The translations under genes were made by a program, and so were the position numbers. From Candidatus Aenigmatarchaeota archaeon (lineage in GTDB: Archaea; Aenigmatarchaeota; Aenigmatarchaeia; CG10238-14; SCSR01): a stretch of DNA of 64,000 bases. Position 1 is the first letter of the stretch. Each line of letters starts with the position of its first letter. The stretch is from NCBI GenBank assembly GCA_039091335.1, contig JAWCME010000002.1, positions 8,735-72,734 of the forward strand, in the 5' to 3' direction. Under the pieces are notes generated by a model that saw only the letters and a program-made list of their open reading frames with translations, was not told where the DNA came from and ran no database searches. Below are positions 1-9,654 of the stretch, piece by piece.

Positions 1-281
1 TGCATATAGTCCTTTATTCTTTTTTTAACATCTTCTATTATGTTAGACGCCAAAGTCGTGTATTTTTCTTCCAACACTCTTTTTTCTTCAAGCCTTTTGT
101 TTATTACTTGAAATACAGTAAAAAGAATTAAAGCAAATGAAACAAAAAAACTAACCATACTTCCTATTGTTAGTATAAATTTACCCGTTGTAGTCGGCTC
201 TAATGGTTTTAAAAATAGAAGTAAATATATACCAATCAAAGCTAAAACAGTTCCAACAACAATTCTGACTCTTATCTTCAT
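1..281 (-). CDS. hypothetical membrane protein, C-terminus cut by window edge
   Basis: Own translation from ATG 281-279 on the minus strand: MKIRVRIVVGTVLALIGIYLLLFLKPLE... with two hydrophobic helices. Open to position 1. Not in the ORF track. Confidence 0.4.
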   Translation of the reverse strand, partial: MKIRVRIVVGTVLALIGIYLLLFLKPLEPTTTGKFILTIGSMVSFFVSFALILFTVFQVINKRLEEKRVLEEKYTTLASNIIEDVKKRIKDYM

Positions 282-358
282 TAATACTAACTAAGAACTC
301 AAAGTTTAAATAAATTTAATAAATTTTATATATAATTTTATAGTGGGTAAAATGAAGA

Positions 359-3292
359 GTGATGGACGGATTGTGTGATTTAAAAATTCATAATACTAAT
401 TCTAAAAATAGTTTTATGTTTGAAAAAAACATTAAAAAAGAGGAGGAAATAGCAATTTTTTGGGAAAAGAATAGAATTTATGAAAAAGCTAAAAATTTGA
501 GAAAAAATTCAAAAAAGTTTTTCTTTCTCGACGGCCCGCCATATGCTACTGGTAGCATTCACATAGGTACTGCGATGAATAAAATTTTAAAGGATTTCTA
601 CATTCGTTTTTTCAGAATGCTTGGGTTTAATGTTTGGGATCAACCTGGATACGATTGTCATGGCGTTCCTATAGAAAACAAAGTGGAAAAGAAGCTTGGT
701 TTTAAATCAAAAAAGGATATAGAAAAGTTTGGTGTTGAAAATTTCATAAACGAGTGCAAAAAATTTGCAACAGAGTTTATAGACGTGATGAACAATCAGT
801 TTAAAAATCTTGGAGTATGGATGAACTGGAAAAACCCATATTTGACTTTAAACAACGAATACATAGAGGGAGCATGGTTTACGTTTAAAAAAGCGTTTGA
901 GAACGGTTTCCTTTATAAAGGAAATTATCCTGTTCATGTTTGCCCTCGTTGCGAGACTGCAGTAGCTTACAACGAGATAGAGTATGCTTCTACCGAAGAC
1001 CCAGCAATATACGTTAAATTTAGAATTAAAGACGATCCGAACACATTCTTGGTTTGTTATACAACAACACCATGGACCATTCCTGCAAATACAGGTATAA
1101 TGGCTAAGGGAAGTGCTGAATACGTAAAAATTCAGGTAGAAAATGAATTTCTAATTATAGCAAAAAAACTTTTAGAAGAAGTGATGAAAAAGGCTGGTAT
1201 TAAGAGTTACAAAATAATAGAGACAATAAAAGGAAAGGAATTGGAAGGAATAAGGTATGAATACCCATTTCCGGATATTTTTCAATTCCAAAAAGAACTT
1301 ATTAATGCTCATAGAGTGATTTTATCAGAGCAGTTTGTCAGTTTAGAGGAAGGCACAGGTCTTGTACACACCGCCCCTGGTCACGGACAGGAAGATTATA
1401 ATGTTGGGTTGGAGGCAGGTTTGCCCATTGTCTCTCCTTTAAAGATGGATGGAACCTTTGATGAAAGATGCGGTAAATTTTCTAATATGTATGTAAAGGA
1501 TGCAGATAAATTAATAGTTGAAGAACTAAAGAAGAGGGGATTGCTTCTTCATGAAGAAAAAATTATTCATGAATACCCATTTTGTTGGCGATGTTCTTCA
1601 CCTTTAATTTTGATGGCTGTACCACAATGGTTCTTCAAGATTACTGATATAAGGAAAAAACTATTGCAAGAAAATAGAAAAATAAAATGGGTTCCTGATT
1701 GGGCTGGAGAAAGATTCCAAAATTGGTTGGAGCAGCTTGGTGATTGGCCCATCTCAAGGCAAAGATACTGGGGAATTCCACTTCCAATCTGGATTTGCGA
1801 TAAATGTGAAAATGTTGAAGTAATAGGTTCTAGAAAAGAATTGCCAGTTATTCCTAAAGATTTTCATAAACCGCACATAGATAAAATTGAATGGAAGTGT
1901 AAGAAGTGTGGGGGGAAAATGAGAAGGGTACAAGATGTTTTGGACGTTTGGTTTGATTCGGGGGTTGCGCCATGGGCTTCTCTTGGCTATCCAAAAAAGA
2001 AATTATTATTTAAAAAACTTTGGCCGGTAGACTTTATACTAGAAGGTCCTGACCAAATTCGTGGTTGGTGGAATTCCTTGATGATAACAGGCATGATGAC
2101 TTTTAAAAGAAGACCATTTAATAGTGTTTTGTATCATGGTTTTGTTTTGGATGCTCACGGAGTAAAGATGAGCAAAAGTAAGGGTAATATAGTTGAACCA
2201 CAAGAAGTGATTAATAAGTATGGAAGGGACATACTAAGATTTTTATTCCTTTCTTCCGCTCCTTGGGATGACTACTGGTTTGACTGGAAAAATATAGAAA
2301 AATTGGCAAGGGATTTTGTTATTGTTAGAAACACATTTAACTTTGTTAAAACCTATGTCACGAGCAGGGGAAACGGAAAAGGATTTAAAAAAGAAGATTT
2401 ATGGATACTATCAAGAATAAACAGTCTAATTAAAAATTCTACAGAGTACTGTAAAAACTATCAAGCGCAAAAAGCTGCGCAAGAAATCCTTAATTTTATT
2501 CTTAACGATTTTTCTAGGTGGTATATCAAAATAATTAGAGATAGGGTTTGGATATCCTATCAAGGAAAGGATAAAAAGGCAGCATTCTTTACATTATTTT
2601 ATGTTGCTGAAAATTTAGCAAGACTTCTTTCTCCTTTTGTTCCTTTTTTTGCAGAACAAGTGTTTCAAGATATAATTAAACCAATAAAGAAAAAACCAGA
2701 ATCAATTCATTTATGTGGTTGGCCTAGACCAAACAATAAGCTAATAAACAAAAAAATTGAAGAGCAAATGGATTTGATTAGAGAGATTTTTGAGGCATGT
2801 AGTGAGGCAAGACAAAAAGCAAAAATTAAGCTAAGATGGCCGATAAAGGAGATGATAATAACTTCTAAAGAAAAAAGGGTTTTGGGTGCAGCAAAAAAGT
2901 TTAAAGAAGTTTTATTAAATATTTGCAACGCAAAAACTATTTCTATTACGCCAAAGAAGCCTGTTGGAGAGTTTTCAGAAGCTGCCTTTAGTTTGGGAAA
3001 GGTTTTAGTTTGTAGTAAGATTGATGAAAAACTTTTGGAAGAGGCCTTAATTCGTGAAATTGTAAGAAAGGTGCAAGAGATGAGAAAGAAATACGGTTTT
3101 AAGGTAAGAGAAAGTATATCATTAACTTTAAGTTCTGATGATAGGACGAACAAAATTTTGGAAAAACATAAGAGTAAAATAAAAATGGAAGTTGGTGCAA
3201 AGGAGTTGAGTATAGGAAAGATTAAAGGAGATTATTCCGACTCGATTGAATTCGAAAAACAAGAAATTAAAATTAGTTTTAGCAAGGTTTGA
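359..3292 (+). CDS. ileS: isoleucyl-tRNA synthetase
   Basis: HIGH motif (GSIHIGTAMNK), KMSKS (VKMSKSKGN) and the IleRS-type WPISRQRYWGIPLP motif. A TATA-like TTTATATATAA lies near 325-335, so the true start may be ATG 362 (leaderless). Confidence 0.95.
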   Translation: MMDGLCDLKIHNTNSKNSFMFEKNIKKEEEIAIFWEKNRIYEKAKNLRKNSKKFFFLDGPPYATGSIHIGTAMNKILKDFYIRFFRMLGFNVWDQPGYDCHGVPIENKVEKKLGFKSKKDIEKFGVENFINECKKFATEFIDVMNNQFKNLGVWMNWKNPYLTLNNEYIEGAWFTFKKAFENGFLYKGNYPVHVCPRCETAVAYNEIEYASTEDPAIYVKFRIKDDPNTFLVCYTTTPWTIPANTGIMAKGSAEYVKIQVENEFLIIAKKLLEEVMKKAGIKSYKIIETIKGKELEGIRYEYPFPDIFQFQKELINAHRVILSEQFVSLEEGTGLVHTAPGHGQEDYNVGLEAGLPIVSPLKMDGTFDERCGKFSNMYVKDADKLIVEELKKRGLLLHEEKIIHEYPFCWRCSSPLILMAVPQWFFKITDIRKKLLQENRKIKWVPDWAGERFQNWLEQLGDWPISRQRYWGIPLPIWICDKCENVEVIGSRKELPVIPKDFHKPHIDKIEWKCKKCGGKMRRVQDVLDVWFDSGVAPWASLGYPKKKLLFKKLWPVDFILEGPDQIRGWWNSLMITGMMTFKRRPFNSVLYHGFVLDAHGVKMSKSKGNIVEPQEVINKYGRDILRFLFLSSAPWDDYWFDWKNIEKLARDFVIVRNTFNFVKTYVTSRGNGKGFKKEDLWILSRINSLIKNSTEYCKNYQAQKAAQEILNFILNDFSRWYIKIIRDRVWISYQGKDKKAAFFTLFYVAENLARLLSPFVPFFAEQVFQDIIKPIKKKPESIHLCGWPRPNNKLINKKIEEQMDLIREIFEACSEARQKAKIKLRWPIKEMIITSKEKRVLGAAKKFKEVLLNICNAKTISITPKKPVGEFSEAAFSLGKVLVCSKIDEKLLEEALIREIVRKVQEMRKKYGFKVRESISLTLSSDDRTNKILEKHKSKIKMEVGAKELSIGKIKGDYSDSIEFEKQEIKISFSKV

Positions 3293-3296
3293 GGAC

Positions 3297-3638
3297 ATGA
3301 TAGATTCAAGTGAATTTGGATTTATTGTAGTTGATAGAAAAAAATACAATCACGATGTGATCGTTACTTATAAAGGAAAGGTAAAGAGATGTGAACTTGA
3401 GAAAAGGCATCTTTTCTCGGAAAAAGAGTTTTTGATGCTTTTAAACGAAAACCCGGAAGTTATTGTTATAGGTACCGGTCAGTACGGTGAATGTAAAGTC
3501 TCTGAAAAAATTTTAAAAATGGTTGAAGAAAGGGGAATAAAGATAATTATTAAAGAAACAAAGGAGGCGATCATAGAATTTAATGAATTAATGGAGGCGG
3601 GTAAAAAACCAGTAGCTTATATTCATGTAACATGTTGA
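3297..3638 (+). CDS. Mth938/DUF498-like domain protein
   Basis: Family-like pattern EVIVIGTGQYG...GIKIIIKETKEAIIEFNEL. Start moved to ATG 3297 just after the ileS stop; the track start at 3246 overlaps ileS. Confidence 0.55.
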   Translation: MIDSSEFGFIVVDRKKYNHDVIVTYKGKVKRCELEKRHLFSEKEFLMLLNENPEVIVIGTGQYGECKVSEKILKMVEERGIKIIIKETKEAIIEFNELMEAGKKPVAYIHVTC

Positions 3639-3647
3639 TTTAAAAAT

Positions 3648-4325
3648 TTGTCCATTAATTTTAATATGGCAAAATCAGAGAGAAAAATCGCAGTTGCTGT
3701 TTATTATGGAATAAAGTTGATAGAAAAAAATATAAACGAATTACTGGAAAAATTGAATGTTGATTGTGTTTATCACAATTATGACGAAAATTCCTATGTC
3801 GTTAATTCAAAATATTTCTGGGACATCATAAAAGACGCTAAAAAATCGAAAATAGATAGGATAGTTCTTTGTGGGGGGCATTTTGGTGTTTGTCATTCAT
3901 ACGCATATAGGAAAATTGCTGAGGAAGTTTTGGAAAAGGAAATGGAAATTATTTTGCCACTTGATTGTATATACGATGTTGGAATAAAGTATTTTGGATA
4001 TTCGTCACCAGAAAAGGAAATTGTTTTATCCAGATTAAAAAGCGAAGAAATTATCCAGGAATTTATTGAAAAATATTTGGTACGTAGAATATTACGTAAA
4101 AACATTGTTAGCAGTTTTTATGGTGGTTTGTCAATGTTTACAAGATTTAGCGGGAGTATTAGCAAAAAATTTTCTGAAAAATATGATGAACATTGTTGGC
4201 TATTTCCTTCTAATAGGATTTTTTTCGATGAAGATGAGATTTTAATAGAAGAAGGGAAAAATAATCGGGCATTAATATCTCGCTTGTTTACAACAAACAA
4301 AAAAGTTTTAAAATATTTGCTCTAA
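3648..4325 (+). CDS. hypothetical protein
   Basis: 225-aa ORF in the coding strand context. Only a weak isochorismatase-like hint (IVLCGGHFGVCHSYA). Confidence 0.4.
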   Translation: MSINFNMAKSERKIAVAVYYGIKLIEKNINELLEKLNVDCVYHNYDENSYVVNSKYFWDIIKDAKKSKIDRIVLCGGHFGVCHSYAYRKIAEEVLEKEMEIILPLDCIYDVGIKYFGYSSPEKEIVLSRLKSEEIIQEFIEKYLVRRILRKNIVSSFYGGLSMFTRFSGSISKKFSEKYDEHCWLFPSNRIFFDEDEILIEEGKNNRALISRLFTTNKKVLKYLL

Positions 4326-4363
4326 AAAACAGATTTAAATATTTTATTATCAATTATTTTTTC

Positions 4364-4660
4364 GTGGAATCAAAGGAAATTATGAAGTGGCTTTTAACAA
4401 CGCCATATGAGTTTACTAAAAAATATTTAAAAGAAAGGGAAAAAAACTTCAGCACAAATTTCTTTTATTTTTACTTTCCGCTTGCTTTCACTTGCTGTGG
4501 AAGAGCTATTCTAGCTTCTATACCCCTGCTTAAACTCTATCCGGAGTTTTCAATTCTCTTCCCCCCAATATTTCTTTTTGAGGGATGTATGGAATCGATA
4601 ATTGCATACAAAAAAATAAAAAAAAACAAATCAAAGAGAGAAAATTTAGCCCAATTTTAA
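4364..4660 (+). CDS. hypothetical small membrane protein
   Basis: 98-aa ORF with a GTG start and hydrophobic segments. No recognisable family. Confidence 0.3.
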   Translation: MESKEIMKWLLTTPYEFTKKYLKEREKNFSTNFFYFYFPLAFTCCGRAILASIPLLKLYPEFSILFPPIFLFEGCMESIIAYKKIKKNKSKRENLAQF

Positions 4661-4709
4661 TTAAAATAGCTTATAAAATATTATCAGTGTTGTACAAAGA
4701 AGTGAATAT

Positions 4710-7037
4710 ATGGTTACGAAAAAAGAGTTGATAGAAAAGTTAAACAAGAACCCAGAAAGGTATTGGAAAGTTAAACTCTTCGATGAAGTTGGTTTTAAAA
4801 GGAAGAAATGCATAAATTGCGGGAAGTTCTTTTGGACTTTAACAGAGCAAGAAAAATGTAACGATTCTACTTGTAGACCATATGATTTTATAGGAAACCC
4901 GCCGACAAATAAAAGGCTTGGCTTTTTTGAGACTTGGAATGAAATAGAAAAATTTTTTGTGAAAAGGGGGCATACTTCAATAAAACCATATCCGGTTGTT
5001 TGTAGATGGTTCCCTCTATATTTTACAATAGCGGGGGTTGTGGATTTTTACAGAATAAGTGATGGAAAGCTTGAGTTCGAATTTCCAGCAAATCCTATAA
5101 TTCTGCCGCAAATTTGCCTTCGTTTTAATGATATAGCAAATACAGGAGTAAATGCAAGGTCTTATACTTGTTTTGGTATGATTCAACAAAGCTCTTTGTA
5201 CGACGGAAGAGAAGGTTATTGGAAGGACGAATGCATGGAAATTGATTTTGATTTACTAGTAAAGGTCTTTGGAATAAACCCAGAGGAAATAGTTTTTATA
5301 GAGGATGCTTGGCTCGGGCCTTCTGCCTTTGGAAGTAGTTTGGAATATCATGTTAGGGGATTAGAATTGGGTAATGCTGTGTTTACAGAGTTTTTAGGAA
5401 CTCCTGATAATTATGAGGAAATGAAAGAAAAGGTCATTGATATGGGTGCCGGGTGGGAAAGATTTACATGGATAACACAAGGCACTCCTACAAGCTATGA
5501 TTGTGTTTTTGGTTCTGTGCTAAAAAAATTAAAAAAAGAATGTGATGTGGAATACGATGAAGAATTTTTTCTCAATTATTCAAAATTTTCTGGTGTGTTA
5601 AACTTGGATGAGGTTAAGAGTTTAAAGGAGGAAAGAGTAAGAATTGCAGAAATGCTGAACGTTTCTATAGAAGAATTGGAAAAAAAAGTAGCCACGATGG
5701 AGGCGCTGTATTCAATAGCAGATCATTCCCGTGCCTTAGTTTTTGCAATTTCTGATGGTGGGCTTCCTTCAAACGTTGGAGGAGGTTATAATTTAAGAGT
5801 AATTTTGAGAAGGGCCTTAAATTTTATAAATAAGTTTAAATGGAACATAAAACTACAAGATGTTGCTATTTGGCATATAGATTATCTAAAAAAAATTTTC
5901 CCGGAGTTAAAAAATCAGAAGGAAGAGATTTTAAAAATTCTTGATGTGGAGGAAAAAAGGTATAATCAAGCAAAAGAAAGGAGTAGAAGAATAGTTGAAT
6001 CCTTGTCTGGAAAAAAGATTACAGAAGAAGATTTAATAACACTATACGAGTCTGAGGGAATTACTCCAGACCAATTAGGATTAGAAACACCAAACGATTT
6101 TTATGTTAAAATTACCGAAAGGCATATGAAACCAAAGGAGGAAGAGAGAAAAATAAAGTTAGATGTAAGCAAACTGCCTCCAACAAAAATTCTTTACTAT
6201 GACCAAATTTATGAGTTTGATGCAATGGTTTTGGGAGTTTTTGGGGATTATGTTGTGCTCGACCAGACAGCCTTCTATCCAAGAAGTGGGGGTCAAGAGC
6301 CAGATTCCGGAACTATAAATGGATTTAAGGTTATAGATGTTGAAAAAATTGGCTCGGTCATAATTCATAAGCTTGAAAACCATAATTTAAAAACAAACCA
6401 AAAAGTATCTTGTGTTTTAGATAAAGAGAGAAGAGTTATTCTATCCAAACACCATGTAGCTACTCATCTTATAAATGCTGCTTCAAGAAAGATTCTTGGT
6501 AAACATGTATGGCAGCACTCGGCTTTTAAGGACATAGACGGAGCAAGGCTTGACATAACACACTATGAAAGCTTAACACAAGAGCAAGTCGAGAGAATAG
6601 AGAATCTTGCAAACGATTTTGTTAGAATGGCTTTACCAATTAACACAGAAATATTACCAAGAGGTGAAGCTGAAAAAAAGTATGGTTTTACGATATACCA
6701 GGGAGGTGCTTTCCCAGAGAAAACCCTTAGAATTGTTAAAATTGGAGACGTTGATATAGAAGCGTGTGGTGGAACGCATCATATGCTTGAAAATACAAAA
6801 GATATTGGATGTGTAATAATTCAAAGGACTAAAAGAATACAGGACGGAGTGGTTAGAATAGAGTTTGTTGCAGGAGACGTTGCACTAAAGTATTTGAAAG
6901 AAAAGGAAAAAATATTGATAGACGTGGCGAATTTTTTAAATGTCAAAGAAGAGGACGTTCCAAAAGAAGTAGAAAAAATTTTCAAAAGATGGAAAGAACT
7001 TAGAAAAAATATTAAAAAACTTAAAGTGGTGAAATGA
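4710..7037 (+). CDS. alaS: alanyl-tRNA synthetase, archaeal type, lacking the C-terminal C-Ala domain
   Basis: Archaeal AlaRS N-terminus (CINCGKFFWT). Editing-domain motifs HHVATH (HxxxH) and CGGTHH (CxxxH). Ends about 80 aa after the editing motifs. Confidence 0.93.
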   Translation: MVTKKELIEKLNKNPERYWKVKLFDEVGFKRKKCINCGKFFWTLTEQEKCNDSTCRPYDFIGNPPTNKRLGFFETWNEIEKFFVKRGHTSIKPYPVVCRWFPLYFTIAGVVDFYRISDGKLEFEFPANPIILPQICLRFNDIANTGVNARSYTCFGMIQQSSLYDGREGYWKDECMEIDFDLLVKVFGINPEEIVFIEDAWLGPSAFGSSLEYHVRGLELGNAVFTEFLGTPDNYEEMKEKVIDMGAGWERFTWITQGTPTSYDCVFGSVLKKLKKECDVEYDEEFFLNYSKFSGVLNLDEVKSLKEERVRIAEMLNVSIEELEKKVATMEALYSIADHSRALVFAISDGGLPSNVGGGYNLRVILRRALNFINKFKWNIKLQDVAIWHIDYLKKIFPELKNQKEEILKILDVEEKRYNQAKERSRRIVESLSGKKITEEDLITLYESEGITPDQLGLETPNDFYVKITERHMKPKEEERKIKLDVSKLPPTKILYYDQIYEFDAMVLGVFGDYVVLDQTAFYPRSGGQEPDSGTINGFKVIDVEKIGSVIIHKLENHNLKTNQKVSCVLDKERRVILSKHHVATHLINAASRKILGKHVWQHSAFKDIDGARLDITHYESLTQEQVERIENLANDFVRMALPINTEILPRGEAEKKYGFTIYQGGAFPEKTLRIVKIGDVDIEACGGTHHMLENTKDIGCVIIQRTKRIQDGVVRIEFVAGDVALKYLKEKEKILIDVANFLNVKEEDVPKEVEKIFKRWKELRKNIKKLKVVK

Positions 7038-7186
7038 TTGAATTAAGAAAGAAAGAAAAAATACTGAAGGAAGCTTCTGCCATACTTAAGGTTGAAGATA
7101 AAGATTTGTTAAGGGTTATAGACAGATTCAAGAAGGAAATAGATGAGATGGAGAAAAAAATAAAAGAATTTAAATCTAATCTTTGA
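7034..7186 (+). CDS. 50-aa coiled-coil ORF resembling the AlaRS C-terminal helix
   Basis: ATGA overlap with the alaS stop. MIELRKKEKILKEASAILKVEDKDLLRVIDRFKKEIDEMEKKIKEFKSNL parallels the alaS tail EKEKILIDVANFLNVKEEDVPKEVEKIFKRWKELRKNIKKLK. Below the track cutoff. Confidence 0.4.
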   Translation: MIELRKKEKILKEASAILKVEDKDLLRVIDRFKKEIDEMEKKIKEFKSNL

Positions 7187-7196
7187 GTTATTTTAT

Positions 7197-7805
7197 ATGG
7201 ATTTTTCAGACGAGATGATAAAAAAATCAAATGTTCTTGTAAAAACATTAGAAAAATATATCTCAATTCTAGAAGAACAAAAAGAAACATTGGATGAAAT
7301 TTATAAAAATATAGAAAATGCAAAAGCAATCCATACTTGGGGGAAAGGTAGGTCTGGAACGGCAGCCGTGGCTCTTGCCCTTAGGTTAAAACAATTTGGA
7401 TATAATGTTTGGTTTATTGGTGATACGATTAAGGAGCCTATTAGAAGAGGGGACGTTGTTATACTTTTTTCCGGATCTGGTGAGACTGCTGAGATAGTGG
7501 ATGTTGCTAAAAAGGCAAGAAGAGACGAAGCAACAGTAATTTCAATAACATCTTATAAAGAAAGTGAATTGGCTAAATTTTCAGACTTGATATTTTGGTT
7601 ACCAGGAGGAATGGAAAAGAAGAAGGGCTGGGACTACCTAGAAGCTCAGCTTACAAATAAAAAACAACCTTTTTATGGTGGGGGGGAGTTTGAGCTTTTG
7701 GCATATCTCTTTCAAGAATCTTTTGTAAATTCAATAGGAAGCTACAAAGGAATTTCTCAAGGAAAAATTGCAAAGGAGCATGAAAGGGACGAGACTATTT
7801 CTTAA
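7197..7805 (+). CDS. SIS-domain sugar-phosphate isomerase (6-phospho-3-hexuloisomerase-like)
   Basis: GKGRSG...GDVVILFSGSGETAEIVDVAKKA matches the SIS/PHI pattern. Confidence 0.65.
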   Translation: MDFSDEMIKKSNVLVKTLEKYISILEEQKETLDEIYKNIENAKAIHTWGKGRSGTAAVALALRLKQFGYNVWFIGDTIKEPIRRGDVVILFSGSGETAEIVDVAKKARRDEATVISITSYKESELAKFSDLIFWLPGGMEKKKGWDYLEAQLTNKKQPFYGGGEFELLAYLFQESFVNSIGSYKGISQGKIAKEHERDETIS

Positions 7806-8382
7806 TCTTTGGTAAGATCATCAATATTTCTTTTGGGTCTCCTATTGCAATACAATTTCCTTCTAAGTAAAACTTTCCTACCAAAGCAGAAGTTATTGCA
7901 TCTAGCTCGTCGCCAGTAATTTTTTCTTTTATTCCCTTTATACCAAAATTTATCAACCCATCTCTAAGTTTTTCTATTCCTTTCTGTTTTCTTGGGATTT
8001 TAAGTATATCTTGTGCAGCGCCAGGATAAACTTCTATTACCTTTAATCCTTTATTTTCAAAAATTTTCCTAAGTTTAATCCCCCTTTTTGTCAAGGCCCT
8101 CATTGGTCCAAGTGTTATTGGAAAAAACTTTATCCCGATTTTTAAAAGCTCCCTGTCACATTCTCTCAAATGAATATTACTTCTTTCCTCCAGACTTTTT
8201 CTTCCTATCGGTAAAGCTAGGGGGGCGTCTATTGCAACAACCTTTGGCTTTGATTTTAAAGTTTCTTCAATAATTTCTTTGTCAGAAAAGAGCAAAGAGG
8301 TTTTTACCTTATTTTTTTCAAGAACGCAAAATCCTGTGGGCCTTTTCTTACTACCTGCTAAGTCGATTCCTATTACTCTCAT
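7795..8382 (-). CDS. DUF429-like RNase H-fold protein
   Basis: MRVIGIDLAGS...VVAIDAPL pattern. Start set to ATG 8382, which makes an ATGA overlap with the upstream stop. Confidence 0.5.
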   Translation of the reverse strand: MRVIGIDLAGSKKRPTGFCVLEKNKVKTSLLFSDKEIIEETLKSKPKVVAIDAPLALPIGRKSLEERSNIHLRECDRELLKIGIKFFPITLGPMRALTKRGIKLRKIFENKGLKVIEVYPGAAQDILKIPRKQKGIEKLRDGLINFGIKGIKEKITGDELDAITSALVGKFYLEGNCIAIGDPKEILMILPKIKK

Positions 8383-8804
8383 ACCTTTCTCACAATACAC
8401 GCCACAGGGGGCTTGACTATCAAGTCACAAACAACATCAAAAACTACATCTTTAGTGATGTTTTTAATTTTTTTCTCCCCCCTATAGCTTTTTATTGTTA
8501 GTGAAGTATAATTTTCTAAAACTTCTTGTAAGAATATTTGGTCAGGAAATCTATTTGCAATTTCTTCTAAAAAATTTATTTGTTCTCTACACTCTATGCA
8601 ATTCTTTTGATAATAATATTTTATTATTGTTTTTCCATTTTCTATTAAAAACATTTCCTTCTCAGGCCCGAGTTCGTAATCCACTATATTCTTCTCAGGA
8701 AGATTTATTTTGTTTTTTTCTGTTGTCCTAAACGAGATAAATGTAAAAGTTGAGAATACCATCAGTATGATAAAGAATATTGCAATTAGGCTCTTTTTCT
8801 CCAT
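8379..8804 (-). CDS. membrane-anchored thioredoxin-like protein (CxxC)
   Basis: N-terminal TM helix plus a CIEC motif in a Trx-like context. Weak call. Confidence 0.35.
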   Translation of the reverse strand: MEKKSLIAIFFIILMVFSTFTFISFRTTEKNKINLPEKNIVDYELGPEKEMFLIENGKTIIKYYYQKNCIECREQINFLEEIANRFPDQIFLQEVLENYTSLTIKSYRGEKKIKNITKDVVFDVVCDLIVKPPVACIVRKV

Positions 8805-8862
8805 TTACTTCAAAATAATATTCATAAAAAGAAATAAATTGTTTTTTTTATTAAATTTATTT

Positions 8863-9654
8863 GTGGTGCTTGAAAGAATAGTTTCTATAAAGGAGGCTGT
8901 AAGAAATCCATATTGGTTGTTTGTTATAGGTGGAGTGGTTTCAGTAATATGTCTATTTGTTTCTTTGACTGTTTTTGAAAGTTCAATTGGTCTATTCTTC
9001 TCCTTTTTAGTTACGATGACGATGATGCCGTTTATGATTAATTTGATGAGATACGAGGAGGCAAGGCAGGAAGAACTGATTAAAAAAGGAAAAGAATTGA
9101 GTGTTTTGGAGAGAAACAAAAACATATTAAAAGTTTATGTTTCGTTCTTTTGTGGAATGATACTTTCACTTTCAATAATATATCTCATGCTTCCAGAAAG
9201 GATTGTAGAAAAGGCGTTTCAAGACCAGATAAACGAAATAAACGCGATAAGGGCAAGGGTTGTTTTTGCAGACACCTTTACAAGAATAATAGTAAATAAT
9301 GTTGGAGTGCTTTCCCTCTCTTTTTTGTTTTCAGTTTTGTTCGGTGCAGGTGCTATTTTCATCCTAACGTGGAATGCTTCTGTGTTATCTGCTGCAATAG
9401 GTATGGTTGCCAAGAGTGTTGGAGGGATGAAAGGGTTACCAATAGCAATATTAACGTTTTTCCCACATGGTAGCTTAGAAATTCTTGCATACTTTATAGG
9501 TGGAATATCAGGAGGAATAGTTTCAGCAGCATTAACAAGAAGGAAGACAGAAGGGCTTTACCTTATACTCAAGGATAGCTTTAGCCTTTTGATAATATCA
9601 CTTTTGTTACTTGTTGTTGCTGCTTTAATAGAGTCGATACAAATAGTGATTTAA
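8863..9654 (+). CDS. SpoIIM/DUF95-family integral membrane protein
   Basis: Multi-TM protein with FPHGSLEILAYFIGG, typical of the family. The track start at 8710 overlaps the convergent gene, so a GTG at 8863/8866 is preferred. Start uncertain. Confidence 0.5.
   Translation: MVLERIVSIKEAVRNPYWLFVIGGVVSVICLFVSLTVFESSIGLFFSFLVTMTMMPFMINLMRYEEARQEELIKKGKELSVLERNKNILKVYVSFFCGMILSLSIIYLMLPERIVEKAFQDQINEINAIRARVVFADTFTRIIVNNVGVLSLSFLFSVLFGAGAIFILTWNASVLSAAIGMVAKSVGGMKGLPIAILTFFPHGSLEILAYFIGGISGGIVSAALTRRKTEGLYLILKDSFSLLIISLLLLVVAALIESIQIVI

Noticed and set aside
7020-7047. A possible BHB intron joining alaS to the downstream 50-aa ORF (CTTAA/TTAAG pairing).
   Set aside because: The bulge-helix-bulge geometry is absent, the helices are AT-only, and the implied 24-nt removal would not correct the frame offset.
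8710-8862. An N-terminal extension of the SpoIIM-like ORF. The same issue applies to 38009-38155 of the debranching-enzyme ORF.
   Set aside because: The extensions overlap genes on the opposite strand and are low-complexity. Conserved sequence starts later.
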